A DNA stretch of 64,000 bases, from NCBI GenBank assembly GCA_017463125.1, contig JAFTPV010000003.1, positions 93,190 to 157,189 on the forward strand, given 5' to 3'. Shown one piece after another: positions 62,132-64,000 of the stretch (position 1 is the first letter of the stretch; every line of letters begins with the position of its first letter). Origin of the DNA: Clostridia bacterium (GTDB lineage Bacteria; Bacillota; Clostridia; Oscillospirales; CAG-272). The notes under the pieces are model-generated. The model was not told the origin of the DNA. It worked only from the letters and a program-made list of their open reading frames with translations, and did no database searches. The translations under genes and the position numbers were made by a program.

Positions 62132-64000
62132 TTATTTATCTGCGTCACGCATGGAGAGGTTCTGTCTGCCCTTCTCGTCCGTTCCGAGATATTTTACTCT
62201 TACGGTATCGCCAACAGCTACTACGTCCTCAACCTTCTCGGTTCTCTTATCCTGAAGCTTGGAAATGTGAACCATGCCCTCCTTGCCGGGAGCATATTCA
62301 ACGAATGCACCGATAGGGATAATACGGGTAACAGTTCCCTCGTAGGTTTCGCCAACGGTGGGCTCAAATACGATAGCGTCGATTATGGCCTTTGCCCTAT
62401 CCGCGCTGTCGCGCTCAACCGCAGCAATAAATACGGTTCCGTCATCGTTTATATCTATCTTCGCACCGGTGTCAGCAACGATCTTCTGAATAACAGCGCC
62501 GCCCTTACCGATAACCTCACGGATCTTGTCAGGGTCGATAGTCATAGAAATCATCTTGGGTGCATATCTCGAAACCTCTGCTCTGGGCTCGGGAATAGCG
62601 GCAAGGATAACCTTGTCTATAATCTCGTTTCTGCCCTGGTGGGTGGTTTCAAGAGCCTGCTTTATAATCTCGGGAGTAAGACCGTCTACCTTAAGGTCCA
62701 TCTGGATAGAGGTAATTCCCTTTTTGGTACCTGCTACCTTGAAGTCCATATCACCGTAGAAGTCCTCAAGTCCCTGAATGTCTATCATAGTATCCCAAGA
62801 GCCGTCCTCCGCAGTGATAAGACCGCAGGAAATGCCTGCAACGGGAGCCTTGATCGGAACACCCGCGTCCATAAGCGCGAGAGTAGAGCCACAAACCGAG
62901 CCCTGCGAGGTAGAACCGTTAGAGGATACGACCTCGGAAACAAGGCGGATAGCGTAGGGGAACTCTTCTTCCGAAGGAAGAACGGGAACGAGAGAGCGCT
63001 CGGCAAGAGCACCATGTCCTATCTCGCGGCGGCCGGGAGAGCGAAGAGCCTTCGCCTCACCTGTAGAGTAGCCGGGCATATTATAATGGTGCATATATCT
63101 CTTATTGGTTTCATCGTCAAGTCCCTCGAGCTTCTGCGCGTCAGAAAGAGTTCCAAGCGTAGCAATAGTAAGAACCTGAGTCTGACCTCTGGTGAAAAGA
63201 CCGGAGCCGTGTACTCTCGGAATTACGCCAACCTCGGACGCAAGAGGACGGATCTCGTCCATACGTCTGCCGTCAACGCGCTTCTTGTCAACAAGGAGCC
63301 AGCGGCGAACGATCTTCTTCTGTATTTTATAGATAAGCTCGGGGAGAACAACCTTGATATCCTCGTACTTTTCTTCAAAGGTAGCAACGATATCGTCCAT
63401 AATGGGCTGCATCTTTGCATCTCTGATCGTTTTATCATCGGTGTCAAGAGCCTCCATAACGCGCTCTTCACAGTAAGCAAATATCTCGTCGAACATATCG
63501 TGATCAAGCTCACCCGATGCATAAGCAAACTTAGGCTTACCAATCTCGGCAACGATGCCGTTAATGAACGTAACGACGCCCTTGCACTCCTCGTGAGCCT
63601 TCATAATAGCGTCGTACATAACCTCGTCCGAAACCTCGTTAGCACCTGCCTCAATCATAACGACCTTACCTTCAGATGCAGCAACGGTAAGCTCAAGATC
63701 GGATACCTTACGCTGCTCTGCGGTGGGGTTTACAACTATCTCACCGTCAACAAGTCCCATAAATACGCCCGCGATAGGTCCGTTCCAGGGAATGTCGGAA
63801 ATAGAAAGAGCGATAGATGCACCGATCATAGCGGTGATCTCGGGAGAGCAGTCGGGGTCAACCGACATAATAGTAAGAAGGAGGGATATGTCGTTACGAA
63901 GATCCTTAGGGAACAGGGGTCTTACGGGTCTGTCGATAACGCGTCCTGCAAGAACCGCCTTCTCGGAGGGCTTGCCCTCTCTCTTAAGGAAGCCGCCGGG
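62132..64000 (-). CDS. pnp: polyribonucleotide nucleotidyltransferase (PNPase), N-terminus beyond the window end
   Basis: It has RNase PH domains, KH and S1 (GETYEGTVTRIIPIGAFVE). The frame stays open upstream of the listed Met (LAGRVIDRPVRPLFPKDLRNDISLLLTIMSVDPD), so the gene continues past 64000. Confidence 0.95.
   Translation of the reverse strand, partial: PGGFLKREGKPSEKAVLAGRVIDRPVRPLFPKDLRNDISLLLTIMSVDPDCSPEITAMIGASIALSISDIPWNGPIAGVFMGLVDGEIVVNPTAEQRKVSDLELTVAASEGKVVMIEAGANEVSDEVMYDAIMKAHEECKGVVTFINGIVAEIGKPKFAYASGELDHDMFDEIFAYCEERVMEALDTDDKTIRDAKMQPIMDDIVATFEEKYEDIKVVLPELIYKIQKKIVRRWLLVDKKRVDGRRMDEIRPLASEVGVIPRVHGSGLFTRGQTQVLTIATLGTLSDAQKLEGLDDETNKRYMHHYNMPGYSTGEAKALRSPGRREIGHGALAERSLVPVLPSEEEFPYAIRLVSEVVSSNGSTSQGSVCGSTLALMDAGVPIKAPVAGISCGLITAEDGSWDTMIDIQGLEDFYGDMDFKVAGTKKGITSIQMDLKVDGLTPEIIKQALETTHQGRNEIIDKVILAAIPEPRAEVSRYAPKMISMTIDPDKIREVIGKGGAVIQKIVADTGAKIDINDDGTVFIAAVERDSADRAKAIIDAIVFEPTVGETYEGTVTRIIPIGAFVEYAPGKEGMVHISKLQDKRTEKVEDVVAVGDTVRVKYLGTDEKGRQNLSMRDADK

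Noticed and set aside
62044-62316. 90-aa plus-strand ORF overlapping the pnp terminator and 3' end
   Set aside because: It runs through a strong terminator hairpin and is antisense to pnp. It is Arg/Cys-rich, so it is an artefact.

Overview
This 64-kb window looks like a chromosomal segment of a spore-forming Firmicute, probably Clostridia-like. That placement is an inference from gene content; no database search was possible.

Most of the window is ordinary housekeeping and carbohydrate or peptidase metabolism:
- nfnAB-like genes, glyA and rplJ-rplL with an L10-type leader
- nnr and three peptidases
- the priA-def-fmt-rsmB-rlmN-rsgA cluster
- yicC-remA-rpoZ, nrdR, aspS and pnp

The main finding is that the last gene of a cotJA-cotJB-cotJC spore-coat operon (minus strand) is split in two.
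- The 5' part lies at 17708..17302 and the 3' part at 3382..3234.
- The intervening element is about 13.9 kb (3383..17305).
- A large serine recombinase gene sits just inside one end of it.
- Joining the halves at a shared 4-nt core (TCTG on the plus strand) restores an in-frame 183-aa CotJC, so this resembles a skin-like intervening element.

The element's cargo is:
- an FAD/Rieske oxidoreductase
- an EEP-fold nuclease or phosphatase
- a second manganese-catalase paralog
- a DUF4143-type ATPase
- a complete type II-A CRISPR-Cas9 locus: an antisense tracrRNA, cas9-cas1-cas2-csn2, and a leader with five 36-nt repeats and four 30-nt spacers

A diverged internal copy of the element's right arm, including the crossover core, divides it into a 5.8-kb recombinase module and an 8.2-kb CRISPR module.

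Other points worth a second look:
- a possible structured leader and a small ORF upstream of the recombinase
- a 42-aa peptide gene heading an operon of secreted LamG-like proteins
- two adjacent Cys-rich repeat lipoproteins
- a MITE-like inverted repeat

All functional calls rest on motifs I recognised in the translations and on hand inspection of the DNA.
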